A stretch of DNA of 63,576 nt, filler included, from Octopus bimaculoides (taxonomy: Eukaryota), in NCBI RefSeq assembly GCF_001194135.2. It is 7 parts of 7 records of this genome, joined end to end, with 100 filler letters (N's around TTAATTAATTAA, not from the genome) between each part and the next. Parts side by side here need not be neighbours in the genome. Positions count along the whole stretch, not along the records: positions 37,102 to 49,574 come from NC_068994.1; positions 49,675 to 59,108 come from NC_068990.1; 5 more parts are not named here. One strand, written 5' to 3'. The notes beneath the pieces are model-generated. The model had not been told where the DNA came from and made no database searches. It worked only from the letters and a program-made list of their open reading frames with translations. Of the stretch, positions 42,459 through 54,860 are shown piece by piece (within the stretch, counting starts at the first letter, position 1; each line of letters opens with the position of its first letter). Position numbers and translations under genes: made by a program.

Positions 42459-43018
42459 AACTGGGGGGTCAGTGTAATCTGCCCTTATCTCATCATAGCC
42501 ACAATTCTATGAGTAAAACCAATGAGTGTATAAAAATTCATGTTTATTTTTATATATATATATATATATATGTATATGTGTGTGTGTGTGTGTGTGTAAT
42601 TGTCATTGTCTGTGATTAATTATGTTTTAAGACAGACTTAGGATTGATATTTTTAATTATGCAAACGTTTTTTCTTTTTTTTGTGCTTTCAGTTGTTTAC
42701 AGTTGATTAGATTTAATTACAAGTTTTCAGTGTGATATTAATTATTTTACAAATATTTATTATAGTAATTATTTTAAATATTGAACTAATTCCTATGTAG
42801 TAGTTTTATTGATTTTTGTCTCTGATTTGATGAACAAAATATGAGGTAAATATGATTTGTGTAGTTTTCCTAATCTCTAAATTTATTTAATGTAAATATA
42901 CATATTTAATATATATATATAAGGGATTGTAGTATAATTACATTTTCAAAATGGATAGTTTTTTTTATTTTATTTTTAATTTTTTTTTTTTTTGTGTTTT
43001 GGTCCTGTGTTTTTGTAG

Positions 43019-43134
43019 TTTGAAAAAGCTGAAAATAAAGAACAGCTTGAATTTGCTATCAAAACTTTCACGGAATCTTTGCGCTCGAAGATAAATGCGA
43101 AAAATTTGAAGAAATTTGTCGAGGCATTCATGAA
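43019..43134 (+). CDS. NDRG/Ndr-family (ZK1073.1-like alpha/beta-hydrolase fold) protein, first visible internal exon
   Basis: Long T-tract plus tgtag acceptor; reads FEKAENKEQLEFAIKTFTESLRSKINAKNLKKFVEAFM; donor aa|gtaagg. Splices in frame with four downstream exons (116+36+148+52+146 = 498 nt ending at the stop). Resembles the NDRG segment NPxNLxxF/YxxAF/YxxR. Confidence 0.88.
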
Positions 43135-43429
43135 GTAAGGAAACAATTTTCTTTTATTTTAAAAAATTTAATTTTTTGTTGTTTTTGTTTTCTAAGAAAT
43201 ATTTCAGGTTTTTAAATTTATTTTTCAATGAAAAATATAAGGTATTTCTCAGAACTGCTGCCTATTATGACCAGTATTTCTTTCAGTTTACAAATGTTAG
43301 TGTATTATGGGCTTTCTCTGCTAAATTATAAGTTCTGACTAGCATTGTTGTGTTGTCGAGGAATTTACTTCATAATTGCAGGATTTCTAATTGATGCCAC
43401 TGCACAGTACCTTCAGTAAATGCCTTCTA

Positions 43430-43720
43430 CTGATGGAGATGAACCTAAAGTACATAATGGGGTAACTAAATTGACATTCAAAAGTAGATTTTATAAGCAC
43501 AAACATTCATTTGTCAACTCTGATTAGAATGATTGCACAGCTTTGTTGCAATTTTATATGATCCTTACTTGAAGTAAAGTTTCATAAATTCCAAACAATT
43601 AAGTGGATTATGGCACAACTCAACAGGAACCACAACTTCAAATAAAAAATGGAGTGTGGCCTTCGTTTGATAGAAAAGTTAATTTTGTTTCATGAAAGTA
43701 ATGCAGATCTGTAAACAAAG
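43430..43720 (+). mobile_element. Penelope-like GIY-YIG remnant inside an NDRG-like intron
   Basis: KVHNGVTKLTFKSRFYKHKHSF ... CTAL ... LIEKLILFHE, resembling YIG.T...FK.RY..HK.SF ... TAL ... C.LCL.EK. Confidence 0.7.
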
Positions 43721-44369
43721 TTGTTCCAAACTATGACTAATAAATATTTTTTCTTAGTTAAACCATACCTAGGACTAATTACTATCCATGTGTTCTTCTA
43801 TTTACAAAATAGGTGTAAATCAAATGGGATTTAGTTGTTATTTCGAGCAAGTCAAGTTGATTGCTTTAGCACTCCCTAATAGTAGATTCCCTATAATAGT
43901 TATTTTATTAGTCAAGATTTACTTAACACCCTTAACTTGAATTATCTCCCCCTGTATAACGGCTTACTTCCTTTACAGATTTACTAATTTCTTTGAATCA
44001 ATTAAGATTTTGATAAAAATGTGCAACTTTCAGTTGCTGAAAGTCTAGAATTTGCTAAAAAAATGTAATAATTTGAAACTGAATTTTGGAACAGCGGGCT
44101 CTATTTAAAAGATTTTTTTGTATATTTTCTCCCCCCCCCCTCTCTCTTTCTCTTTCTTTGGTTGTCAGGAAACAAAAAAAAAAACCTTTTGCATTTTATT
44201 TTCTCTAGCCTTGTTAGAAAAATTGAATTAAAATGATATTTAATTAAACATCTCATCTATGGATATCTTGATATTACCCCCCCCCCCGTATAACAGCTTA
44301 CTTCCTTTATGAACCACTTTATCTCCCCTATATCTGACATTTTTTCTGTCTTTCTGTTTTTCACTTCAG

Positions 44370-44405
44370 TCGAACCAGTATTGCTGAAACTATTGGCAAA
44401 GTATC
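44370..44405 (+). CDS. NDRG-like protein, 36-nt exon
   Basis: Pyrimidine tract plus ttcag acceptor, tc|gtaagt donor, phase 2-2; encodes (N)RTSIAETIGKV(S), aligning with KRTDLSSTIG of ZK1073.1-type proteins as recalled. Confidence 0.85.
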
Positions 44406-45063
44406 GTAAGTTCTGTCTTTTTTATTATTGATTTTGTTGTTGTTATTGATGATGATGATGATGATGGTGGTGGGCGAGACTGAACGAGCTGAAGACATAT
44501 TTTATCTTTCTGATCAAGCTTTCATTGAATTTTCTAAGTTCTACTTAGAAAGGAACTTGAGGGTGAAAAGGGAAGTGTTCTGCTCCTTTGAATTTGTCAA
44601 AAGGTGGGTGGGTGACAGTGGTAAAAATAGCACAGGTGTGGCAGTATGGTAAGAAGCTTACTTCCCAACTACATGGTTCTGGGTTCAGTTCCACTGTGTG
44701 GCACCTTGGTCAAGTGTCTTCTTCTACAGCCCCAAACTGATCAAAGCCTTGTGAGTGAATTTGGTAGACAGAAACTGAAAGAAGCCCATCATACATAAGA
44801 CCCAGCAAATAAAGTGACCAGCCCCAGCCCATTCAAAAGTACCTTGGATTGTAGGGTGACATGCTGTGCTTGAGGAGACCTATTGAGTCAAATAACGTCC
44901 AAATGTGGCCGATGCCAGTGCCACTTTGACTGGCTTCCATGCTGGTGGCATGTAAAAAGCACCTACTACACTCATGGAGTGGTTGGCATTAGGAATAGCA
45001 TCAAACTGTAGAACTGTGCAACCCATGCTAGCATGGAAAACGGACATTAAACGATGATGATGA

Positions 45064-45104
<41 letters not shown>

Positions 45105-45427
45105 TACAAATACATACGTGTGTGTGTGTGTCAGCCTTTGGCTATGTTCTCCACTCCACCCCCCACCTGACAACCGGTGTTGGTATGTTGATATTCTTGT
45201 AACTTAGCGGTTTGGCAAAAGAGAGCAATAGAATAAGTACACATAGTTAAAAAGAAACAAGTACTGGGATCAATTCATTCAACTAGAAATTCGTCAAGGC
45301 GGTGCCCCAGAATGGCCACTATCTTGTGACTGAAACAAATAAGAAGATGAAAAGAAAGAGATATATCAGACAATGCTTCATGCAAACCATTTACTCATTC
45401 ATTGACTTTCTTTCTTTATATTTGTAG

Positions 45428-45575
45428 TTGTCCTTGTTTGTTGGTGACTGGCTCCAAGGCTTCATTCAATCGTACTGTACACACACTCTACCAAGCAATG
45501 GTTAACAAAGTGAGCAACAGAAAATCTCTGGAGCTTCTCGAGGTCGACGGAGTTGCAAATGTTTTAACAGAGAAA
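45428..45575 (+). CDS. NDRG-like protein exon
   Basis: tttgtag acceptor, aaa|gtaaga donor; encodes CPCLLVTGSKASFNRTVHTLYQAMVNKVSNRKSLELLEVDGVANVLTEK, carrying the NDRG CPxLLVxG / LLVTGSKAS motif. Confidence 0.92.
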
Positions 45576-45768
45576 GTAAGAATACTTTACCATTCTTCAT
45601 ACTTTATTCTTTTACTGATCTCAGTCATCATTCAAGGTGACTAAAGTAGTCAGTCACATTGAATACTCCTTGGACTTAGATCCTTGTTCTAATATGTCAT
45701 TATAGCTAATTTATTCTATTAAGATGGTCAAAAGTTGTGTGTCACTTTGATGTAGAGTTTAACATATC

Positions 45769-45832
<64 letters not shown>

Positions 45833-45834
<2 letters not shown>

Positions 45835-46050
45835 GGCAGTGAGCTAGCAGAATCGTTAGCACATTGGACAAAATGCTTGGCAAAATGCTCGTCTGTTGCT
45901 ATGTTCAGAGTTCAAATTCTGCTGAGGTCGACTTTACCTTTCATCCTTTAGGGGTCGTTAAAATGTGTACCAGTTGAACACTGGGGTCAATGTAATCGAC
46001 TCGTCTCCTCCCCCCCCCATATTGCTGCCCTTGTGGCAAAATTTGAAACC
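45833..46050 (+). mobile_element. SINE family B (my label), TTA-tailed
   Basis: aaggc.g.gagctggcagaatcgttagc ... gttcaaattc ... gtcgactttgcctttcatcc ... ggccttgtg; other copies at 1760-2115 (-), 8620-8715, 15595-15750, 23184-23392, 30969-31185, 31198-31410, 40166-40381 and 51865-52030. Confidence 0.85.
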
Positions 46051-46052
46051 GT

Positions 46053-46085
<33 letters not shown>

Positions 46086-46617
46086 TATTATTGAGTGAGA
46101 GAGCAGTGTATACCATCAAAGTGACACTGGGACACACACATCTGGGGTGCAAAGAAAGATGTGATGATGCCCTTCACAACATCAGCCATGTTACAGAGTG
46201 GACTGAATGCATTTTATGAAAGCACCAGCACTAGAGAGGTTGCCTTATTCACTGCAAGTCTAAACAACCCTCTCTACTTTACACTGTCTCTGTTTTGTGT
46301 TCAGTAAATCCCTGTAAGTCTTGGATTTTTTATCTTTCATTTCCCTCTCACTCTTCTAAACTCATCCAGGCCACATCTGGTTCTTGTTGTTATGGAAGAT
46401 GCTTTACTTATTTTTTTCAATATGCTGGCTTGTAATATTTTCAACACATGCAAAAAACTGGTGTAATTGCAGTGGGTGACTGCACTGATGTACTGTGCAA
46501 CAAATCCATCCAACCCATGTCGGCATTGTACACATGTTAAAGGAAGTTGATGTTGATGAAAAAACAATGAATTTATAGAAAAAAACCTGTCACAAACCAT
46601 TTCCGTTTCTCTTCCAG

Positions 46618-46669
46618 CCTGAAGAATTCGCTGAAAGTTTCTTGTATATGGTACAAGGACTAGGAATGA
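46618..46669 (+). CDS. NDRG-like protein exon
   Basis: ttctcttccag acceptor, a|gtaagt donor; encodes PEEFAESFLYMVQGLGM, compare NDRG1 PAKLAEAFKYFVQGMG. Confidence 0.92.
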
Positions 46670-47060
46670 GTAAGTTGGTTTTCTTTGATTATTTTGGAAG
46701 TTTTTAAACAAAATTAGTTGATTAGTTGTACTTTACCATTCTCTGGAATTCCATGCAAGCATGGCTGTGTGCTTATGTAGTTCTTTCCAAGATATGTTAG
46801 GAAAGTGAGTCATCATAAGCCTCAGTTTCAACAAAATGCTGGGAGTGAAATTCGGTGAACGAAAATTGTGCCTAGAGTAGAAAAGATTCTATTTAATTTG
46901 ATAAATTCTTCTTTATTTTCAAAATTAACTGAAACAAATGCAGAATATTTCTACAGAAATATGGTAACTAAACGGTCGAATCACATTTAACGAGCACTCT
47001 AAGTACTCTGGTCTGTGTTTATTGAATTAGTAATTTTTCTTGTTTTTTTCGTGTTTGCAG

Positions 47061-47206
47061 TGGGTGGTGTTCCGATGCCCCGCGTTCAACGTTCTGCCTC
47101 CCAAGACGGTCCAATTCAGCACCGCAACCGTAGTATGTCAATGGAAGAAGCAGATCAACCACGAGGCATCTATTCAACAAGCCCTCCAAGAGTGGCACAG
47201 CACTAA
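47061..47206 (+). CDS. NDRG-like protein, terminal coding exon
   Basis: tttgcag acceptor, phase 1; encodes (M)GGVPMPRVQRSASQDGPIQHRNRSMSMEEADQPRGIYSTSPPRVAQH then stop. SMEEADxPR is the recalled ZK1073.1-subfamily C-terminal motif. Confidence 0.9.
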
Positions 47207-47798
47207 CTTGTTTTTGTTTGTTTGTTTTTTTTTATTATTACTTTCTATTTTATTTCCAAAAAAAAGAAAAAAGCAAAAGAAAAAATGGTAAAGAATTTCT
47301 TTTTTGTTCTTCTTCAGAATCCTTCATGTTTTTTTCTCAAGACTGTTGTGGCACATTTCTAACAGACATATGTGTGTGTATGNNNNNNNNNNNNNNNNNN
47401 NNNNNNNNNNNNNNNNNNNNNNNNNNNNNNNNNNNNNNNNNNNNNNNNNNNNNNNNNNNNNNNNNNNNNNNNNNNNNNNNNNNNNNNNNNNNNNNNNNNN
47501 NNNNNNNNNNNNNNNNNNNNNNNNNNNNNNNNNNNNNNNNNNNNNNNNNNNNNNNNNNNNNNNNNNNNNNNNNNNNNNNNNNNNNNNNNNNNNNNNNNNN
47601 NNNNNNNNNNNNNNNNNNNNNNNNNNNNNNNNNNNNNNNNNNNNNNNNNNNNNNNNNNNNNNNNNNNNNNNNNNNNNNNNNNNNNNNNNNNNNNNNNNNN
47701 NNNNNNNNNNNNNNNNNNNNNNNNNTACACATTTATAAAATCTCTCTCACATATGTACACATTTTCTCAGACCCTTAATATGCGCTTTTCATAGACAT

Positions 47799-47843
<45 letters not shown>

Positions 47844-48014
47844 CATAGACATGGATAAGTATGTTTACACAGGTACACACATACACACACACATGATCTC
47901 GCCAACACATACACATACGTATTACATATACACACAGAGAGAAGAAGAAAAATTAGCTTTGCTCTACAACAGCTGTGCCCACCCTTCCTGCCCACTGGTC
48001 TGTCTGTCTGTCTG

Positions 48015-48053
<39 letters not shown>

Positions 48054-48195
48054 TTATAAGTAACGCCACTTTGTACCACTTTAGAGGAGGTGGAGCGGAC
48101 AGAAGCTTGGAGAATATTCATATTTATCTCTTGTTTGTTTCTTAAACAGAAGCTTCACGGAGACGGTCCTTGTGTCATGTTTGTTATAGCTAATA

Positions 48196-48230
<35 letters not shown>

Positions 48231-48930
48231 TAATAATAACAATCATAATACTGTTGTAAGAATGTGAAGTTCCTTCTTGAGTCATATGGAATGGTAAGGG
48301 CCAGTTTCCCAGTATCCATGGTGCGTCGCATGTGAAATGAAGTATCTTGCTCAAGAACACGACGCACACAGACTGGTCCAGGAATTGAAACCATGATCTT
48401 ACGATTATGAGTCCAACACTCCCTAACCACTAAGCCATGCACCTCCACAATGATAACGATGATGATATTAATAAGGTACCAAAAACTTTTGGCCGTTCTA
48501 CAGTAGCGCCACATTCTCATTCAACTTGGCCATTGACCAACAAATATATCTTCTCCATTGTTTTCTTTGAAGTCCCTCCATGGTCTTATAAATATTCTTT
48601 TCCCCTCTATCTAATGGTACATGTGTAGCCCATAGCCTTTTTACAGATTCTTCTACAACTATTTCTACTACTACTACTAATAATAATAATATTAAATAAC
48701 ACTAATATTGCTAGATTTCGGATGTTTTTTTTTTGTTTTCTATTCAAGTGTTACACATTATAATAAAAAAGAATTAAAAAAAAGAAAAACCAAACTAATT
48801 TCAGTGTTGGAAAAAAAAAAAACCCTATAACCAATGGAATAATAAAATGGAGATTTCATATGTGTATATAAACATATTTAGATGCATACACACATACATA
48901 CATACACACATACATACATACATATATATA

Positions 48931-49025
<95 letters not shown>

Positions 49026-49504
49026 TATTATCATTAATAGGATAATTCTAAATGAATTCAATTTTTTTAAGATTATTACTGGAAATGCATTTTTTCTGTG
49101 CTGTTACATATATAAGGATCACAAATACATGCATACACTTACGCGTGTATATATGTGTGGGTGTGTGTGTGTATAGGTATTTGGATATGTGTGTGCCTAA
49201 TTATATATACGTATATATATATACATACATACATATATATATATATATGTTTGTGTGTGTATGTCTGTATGTATATACACACACACACGCACACACACAC
49301 ACATATACTCACACATGTATATTAAGTATAGAGCTTCGTTGTTTTCATGTCTGGCTTTATGCTTGCTAGTGTGTCCCCAAAACCTTCGACCCCCACCAAT
49401 CACCTTTCGGTAATTTGTTATTTTCCAATTTGTATAGATTTCCAAAAAGAATTTCCTTTTTTGAGATATCAACAGTCAGTAAAACACCTTCACATAATAC
49501 CCAT

Positions 49505-49574
<70 letters not shown>

Positions 49575-49680
49575 NNNNNNNNNNNNNNNNNNNNNNNNNN
49601 NNNNNNNNNNNNNNNNNNTTAATTAATTAANNNNNNNNNNNNNNNNNNNNNNNNNNNNNNNNNNNNNNNNNNNNGGGGAG

Positions 49681-50430
49681 TCTTTCCGAGTAATTTCCCG
49701 CAGTAATATGAAATTAAAATGTTTCTTTTTTTTTTCTTTGAAAGTTACAATAGAATATGAGTTTTGTCGAGAAATGTGTTCGGGGAAGCCACGCTGGTGG
49801 AGTTTAGTGGGGATAAACTTCCGCAATGTGTTCGAGAAATGTATAGAAATTCTGGAAGTTTTTCTTCGCAGTAAATCCATACATTTCTCAATACATTGAT
49901 TCATCGACGCAGGACCATTTCATTTCGCCCGATGATCCAGTCACATACTTTAGCCGTCTTTTGATACGGGACCAATAGGTCTCGATGTGGTTCGTGCAAG
50001 CGCCAGTTTCAGGGTCGACGAAATTCTTTGAATGGTTAACCGTTCTGTGAATGTAACCCAGCTGTTGTAAGTTCCTATAGCTGGCCCATTTGTCTGTATG
50101 TATTATAGTACCGGTTAACACATTTTCAATTATAACAGCTTCTAGTGTTGCTGCGCTGTAGAAATCCTTTTTTTTTTTCACAGTGGTTTCATAGCATCCA
50201 ACAACCCACGTTTGATGGCCTATTCTCCCGACGTGACTCTTCCTTTTAAAGAGCAAGTTCTCATCTATTTCTACCTCATGACCTGGACCACTGAGCGGAG
50301 CTTTATCTCGAAGCATCTTCCCCGAACACACTTCTCAACAAAACTCATATTTTTTTGTAACTTAAAAAATAAATAAATAAAATAAAACACCACCACTTTA
50401 ATTTCATATGTGGGAAATTACTCTGAAAGA
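49681..50430 (-). mobile_element. Merlin (IS1595/ISXO2-like DDE) transposase fragment flanked by an approximately 110-bp inverted repeat
   Basis: ORF 49888-50331: GPGHEVEIDE ... WVVGCYE ... IIHTDKWASY ... HRTVNHSKNFVDPETGACTNHIETYW; inverted repeat 49681-49789 versus 50318-50430. Confidence 0.9.
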
Positions 50431-52199
50431 AATCTTTGCAGAAAGGTGAGTAGATTGATTACACATTTTTTTCATTATGTTATCGCAGTTTTTGTAAGAT
50501 TTGGCTGTTATTTCTAGCATGTAAATAGCCTGCTTGAGGCGGGATTTTTTTGTACGTATTTCGNNNNNNNNNNNNNNNNNNNNNNNNNNNNNNNNNNNNN
50601 NNNNNNNNNNAGAAACGGGGAGGGGGGAATTGAAATTTTGAATTTTTTTTTTCAGAATCGGAATCTCCATAGCCTAAAACGTGGGATTCCGTAAAAAAAC
50701 AAAAAGAAATTTAAGTGGGGGAAGGGTTCCGTTTACATATCCTCCATCTGGCTCAAAAATTGAGTACGAAAGTGCGGCGCAGTGTCGATTGACATTGACG
50801 GATGAATGTTGGCTTTACCTAATATAAAACAACGCGTCTTAATCGTTGGGCAGCCATGATTAACGAATTGGACGGCGAACAGGACGAAGTTTGAATAAAA
50901 GCCTTCTTTTGAATTCATTGTCGACAAATTCCACTTTTCCTGTTGTCTTTATTCGGGTAAATCCCATGTTGATTTAATTGTTAATCCCATTTAGTTTTAT
51001 TTCTCTTATGAATCAACATATTTAATCAAGTTCTACTTCCATACGACTGACTTGTGCACTTTTCTTGTACGAAATTTCACTGACAAGGTATATATTACAC
51101 TTTAACACTTCATCTTTAACGAACTGATATTTCTTAGCAATATTTTAAATAGTTCTATTAAATTATCTAAAATAGTCAGAACTATTAAATTACATAATAA
51201 ATTATCATTGTTGAAACAATGTTTCCCCGTACCTCACTTCTTATTTCGAATAAATAAAAATATTTAAAATAGCGAGTCTATCAAAATTCTCAGTTGATTT
51301 GTTCGCCAATTTCCGTAAAGAATTTGGCATTATTTCGATATAACTCACACCTGCACACACACTCCTATTGAGTTTCATGTCCATAAGTTGAATAGTGAAA
51401 CACATGCATCTATTATCTTTCATATACACGCACAAACATACATATAAAAAAGATGTATTTATGTATGTACGTGTATATGAAAGATGTATGTGTGTGCGTG
51501 CGAGTAAATGTCTCTGAGTGTGTTTCATTATGCAATTCATGGACATGAAAGTCAATGAGTGTGTGTAAATAAATAAAAATTCCTTGCGGAAATTGCCGAA
51601 CAGATCAGCTGGGAATTTTGACACACTTGTTACTTTGATCGAAAGATCGCCATATATGTGTGTATTTATACACACGCGCGCATCTACGTTGTTGGATACT
51701 GATTGTAACTATGGTATTTCACATCTATCGCGAACGAGTCTACAGTCTTCAAGCTGTGACCATTCTCTCTCTCTCTCTCTCTCCTCTCATTAGTATATCT
51801 TAGTTGAGGGAGATTAGACTATTTCAATTAGTTCGACCACGCAGATGGCTCCCTTCGTCGTCTCGTTCGAAGTCATCGTTATTGGAAGGATTGGCAGGAC
51901 TGTTTGAGTGGTGGGAAAATAATCCGAGGCATTTGTTTCAATTGTTTGCATTTCTAAGTTCAAATCCCTCTGAGGTCAACGATACCTTTCGATCCTTTTG
52001 GTGTTGCTAAAATAAAGTGCCAGTCAAGTGTTCCTGTTTTCAAAAAGACCATCCTTGTGCCTAATCAGAAATTATACCCAGCAGTAAGTTTTAATAGTTT
52101 AAGGGATGTTCTCCCCACCTCTTATTTTATAGCTAAGTTTTAATAGTTTATAGCTAAGTTTTAATAGTTTAAGGGATGTTCTCCCCGACTCTTATTTTA

Positions 52200-52470
52200 T
52201 AGCTTACGGTTGTAGACTGTAGAAGTTGTTGCTATTGTTTTTAATCCCATGTCTACCCTGATCGAGGAGACTTCATCGAAGACATTCTGGTCGTGGGCAC
52301 TTTTAAAGTTTTAGTTACTTGAAACAGTATATTTGGACGTTTCCAATGTGTCCTTATTTGGATCTTTCCTGTTTGGTTGCCACTTTTCAATTTCTTTAAT
52401 TTTGTTCCAATTGATTTCAAATTGGTGTAGTTTTGTATGCTCATTATTGACATGAAATTCATTTTCGCAA
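52200..52470 (-). mobile_element. Possible Penelope 3' remnant
   Basis: HQFEINWNKIKEIEK-like peptide followed by a degenerate hammerhead-like gatga-agtc...gac stem. Confidence 0.35.
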
Positions 52471-52555
52471 TAAATCAATAAATAAACAGTTGATAGCTTT
52501 TAAAGTTTGCAATTTTGGGTAATTTTCGCTTATCGAAAGCCTCGGACACATGCCT

Positions 52556-52569
52556 GTTTCCATAGTAAC
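52556..52569. promoter_or_regulatory. RFX X-box motif
   Basis: GTTTCCATAGTAAC fits the GTTNCCATRGNAAC consensus exactly and lies about 4.7 kb upstream of the NEK ATG; function untested. Confidence 0.4.
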
Positions 52570-54049
52570 AAACCAAACGCTTACGAAAAAGCGTGTTTAC
52601 AAACCGATATTTCACGCTGTTTTTCTACTCTTAGATATACAAAATGTGTTCTTTTTTTTTTTTTTTCGCATGAAATGCATATTGAATGCGTAGAACTACA
52701 AAGTGTGTGTTGTTTACTCATTTTTTTACTTATTAAATGTTTAGAATACGTGCTACCATCGCAGTGTTGACATAATTGCTTTGTCATCTTAGGATTGCAG
52801 TCACGCACAAAATGCCAGTTTCCAAATCCTGTTTTCTGACTGGATAAAAATTGTCAAACTTTAAACCTCTGTAACTTTTTTAAAAAAATTCTGGGACAAG
52901 TGAATTAGGCCCTGACATTCAGCATGAAAAATTACATCAATATACCGAATTTCCCAAGACAGCAAGGTGTGACTTGAGGAAAATTCTATCATATCGAACA
53001 ACCATGTATTGGTTTCTTCTTCAGCTCACTACTGTTTGAACTTTTTCCTTTTGTAATTTTATTAACCAAAGCTTTTATAACTTTATTATCATCTCTAGAA
53101 CTTGTGAGGACATCAAATAGTGTGTATTGATCAGAAGCAGTAGATTAAGGAGGATAGGCAGAATTGTTAGTGTCACACACATTGCTGTGTGATAGTTTTA
53201 GTTACAGCCTATATGTTCTGAGATCAAATCATGCTGGAGTCAACTTCACCTTTCATCTTACTGAGGTTGATAAAATAATGTACTGATTAAATACTGTGGT
53301 CGATTAATATTCCTGTAATGCATATTATATATGAATGGATTTACAATAGACGGAAAAGGCAAGGTATATCTCTGAATCCCCAGGGGATAAAAAATGGGGA
53401 AAAGGATTTAAGTATTGGTTTGTCCAGTAGTTCCCAACTTTTTGTTGCTCAGCGTCATCTTTCACAGAATGGTGTTTTACAACCTCCTTATGTTTACATA
53501 AGAATAGAGAATAGATTATTTTAATCAAATGTGACCTTGTTTTCACAGCACTTAATTATATTTTCTTATACTATTCCATTTGGGATGTACTTTTTTTTCT
53601 CAATATTTGCATAGACTAAAAGCTATGTTAAATTTTTATGGAAAGGCAATAAAATTAATACTGGACCTTAGCATAACTTTAATTTGTTTTCTGCTCACTT
53701 GTAATTCAGAGCCCTACTTATATTCTAATCCCAATAAAAGTTTTTTAAATTTTTTTTTTAATGTGTTTAAAAAAATAAGTATTGTACTTGATAAAAGAAA
53801 TTTCATGACACTTTTAAAAACTTACTATTCCCCATAGCGCTGTCATAACATTTTCTACCCATTTATAAGCTCACACTGCTCACAAGGGAATAAGGTGATT
53901 ATCTTATGAACTTCACTAGTCCACAGCTGTTTCTCGTGTAAGATGCAGATAATCGTCTTATTCTTTTGTCATTTCTGTTCTTATTACTGCTCTGTACTTG
54001 ACTAATGCTTCATTCAGAAGCATATGCAAATTGATGAGTTCTACACCAG

Positions 54050-54860
54050 TTTCGAGCGGGATCGTTGCCAGTGCCCCTGGACTGGCTCTTGTGTGGGTGA
54101 CACATGAAATGTTTCGAGCGGGATCGTTTGCCAGTGCCCCCGGACTGGCTCATGTGCAGGCGACACATGAAATCTTTCGAGTGGGATCGTTGCCAGTGCC
54201 CCTGGACTGGCTCATGTGCGGGCGACACATGATATCTTTTGAGCGGAATCGTTGCCAGTGCCCCTGGACTGGCTCATGTGCGGGCGACACATGATATCTT
54301 TTGAGCGAGATCNNNNNNNNNNNNNNNNNNNNNNNNNNNNNNNNNNNNNNNNNNNNNNNNNNNNNNNNNNNNNNNNNNNNNNNNNNNNNNNNNNNNNNNN
54401 NNNNNNNNNNNNNNNNNNNNNNNNNNNNNNNNNNNNNNNNNNNNNNNNNNNNNNNNNNNNNNNNNNNNNNNNNNNNNNNNNNNNNNNNNNNNNNNNNNNN
54501 NNNNNNNNNNNNNNNNNNNNNNNNNNNNNNNNNNNNNNNNNNNNNNNNNNNNNNNNNNNNNNNNNNNNNNNNNNNNNNNNNNNNNNNNNNNNNNNNNNNN
54601 NNNNNNNNNNNNNNNNNNNNNNNNNNNNNNNNNNNNNNNNNNNNNNNNNNNNNNNNNNNNNNNNNNNNNNNNNNNNNNNNNNNNNNNNNNNNNNNNNNNN
54701 NNNNNNNNNNNNNNNNNNNNNNNNNNNNNNNNNNNNNNGTGCGGGCGACGCTCCTGGGCCGGCTCTTGTGCGGGCGACGCCCCTGGGCCGGCTCTTGTGC
54801 GGGTGACACATAAAAGACACCATTTTGAGTGTGTACGTTTTCGTGCGGGTGACACGTAAA
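54050..54860. repeat. Approximately 62-bp GC-rich minisatellite spanning an N-gap
   Basis: At least four full units of tt(t/c)gagcgggatcgttgccagtgcccctggactggctcatgtgcgggcgacacatga(a/t)atc before the gap, and truncated units after it. Confidence 0.9.

Noticed and set aside
49888-50331. Bacterial IS1595 insertion or contamination
   Set aside because: It is embedded in eukaryotic microsatellite-rich DNA; the eukaryotic Merlin superfamily explains the similarity.
54050-54312. CRISPR-like palindromic repeat array
   Set aside because: Units are contiguous with no unique spacers, there are no cas genes, and the context is eukaryotic; it is a SINE-derived minisatellite.
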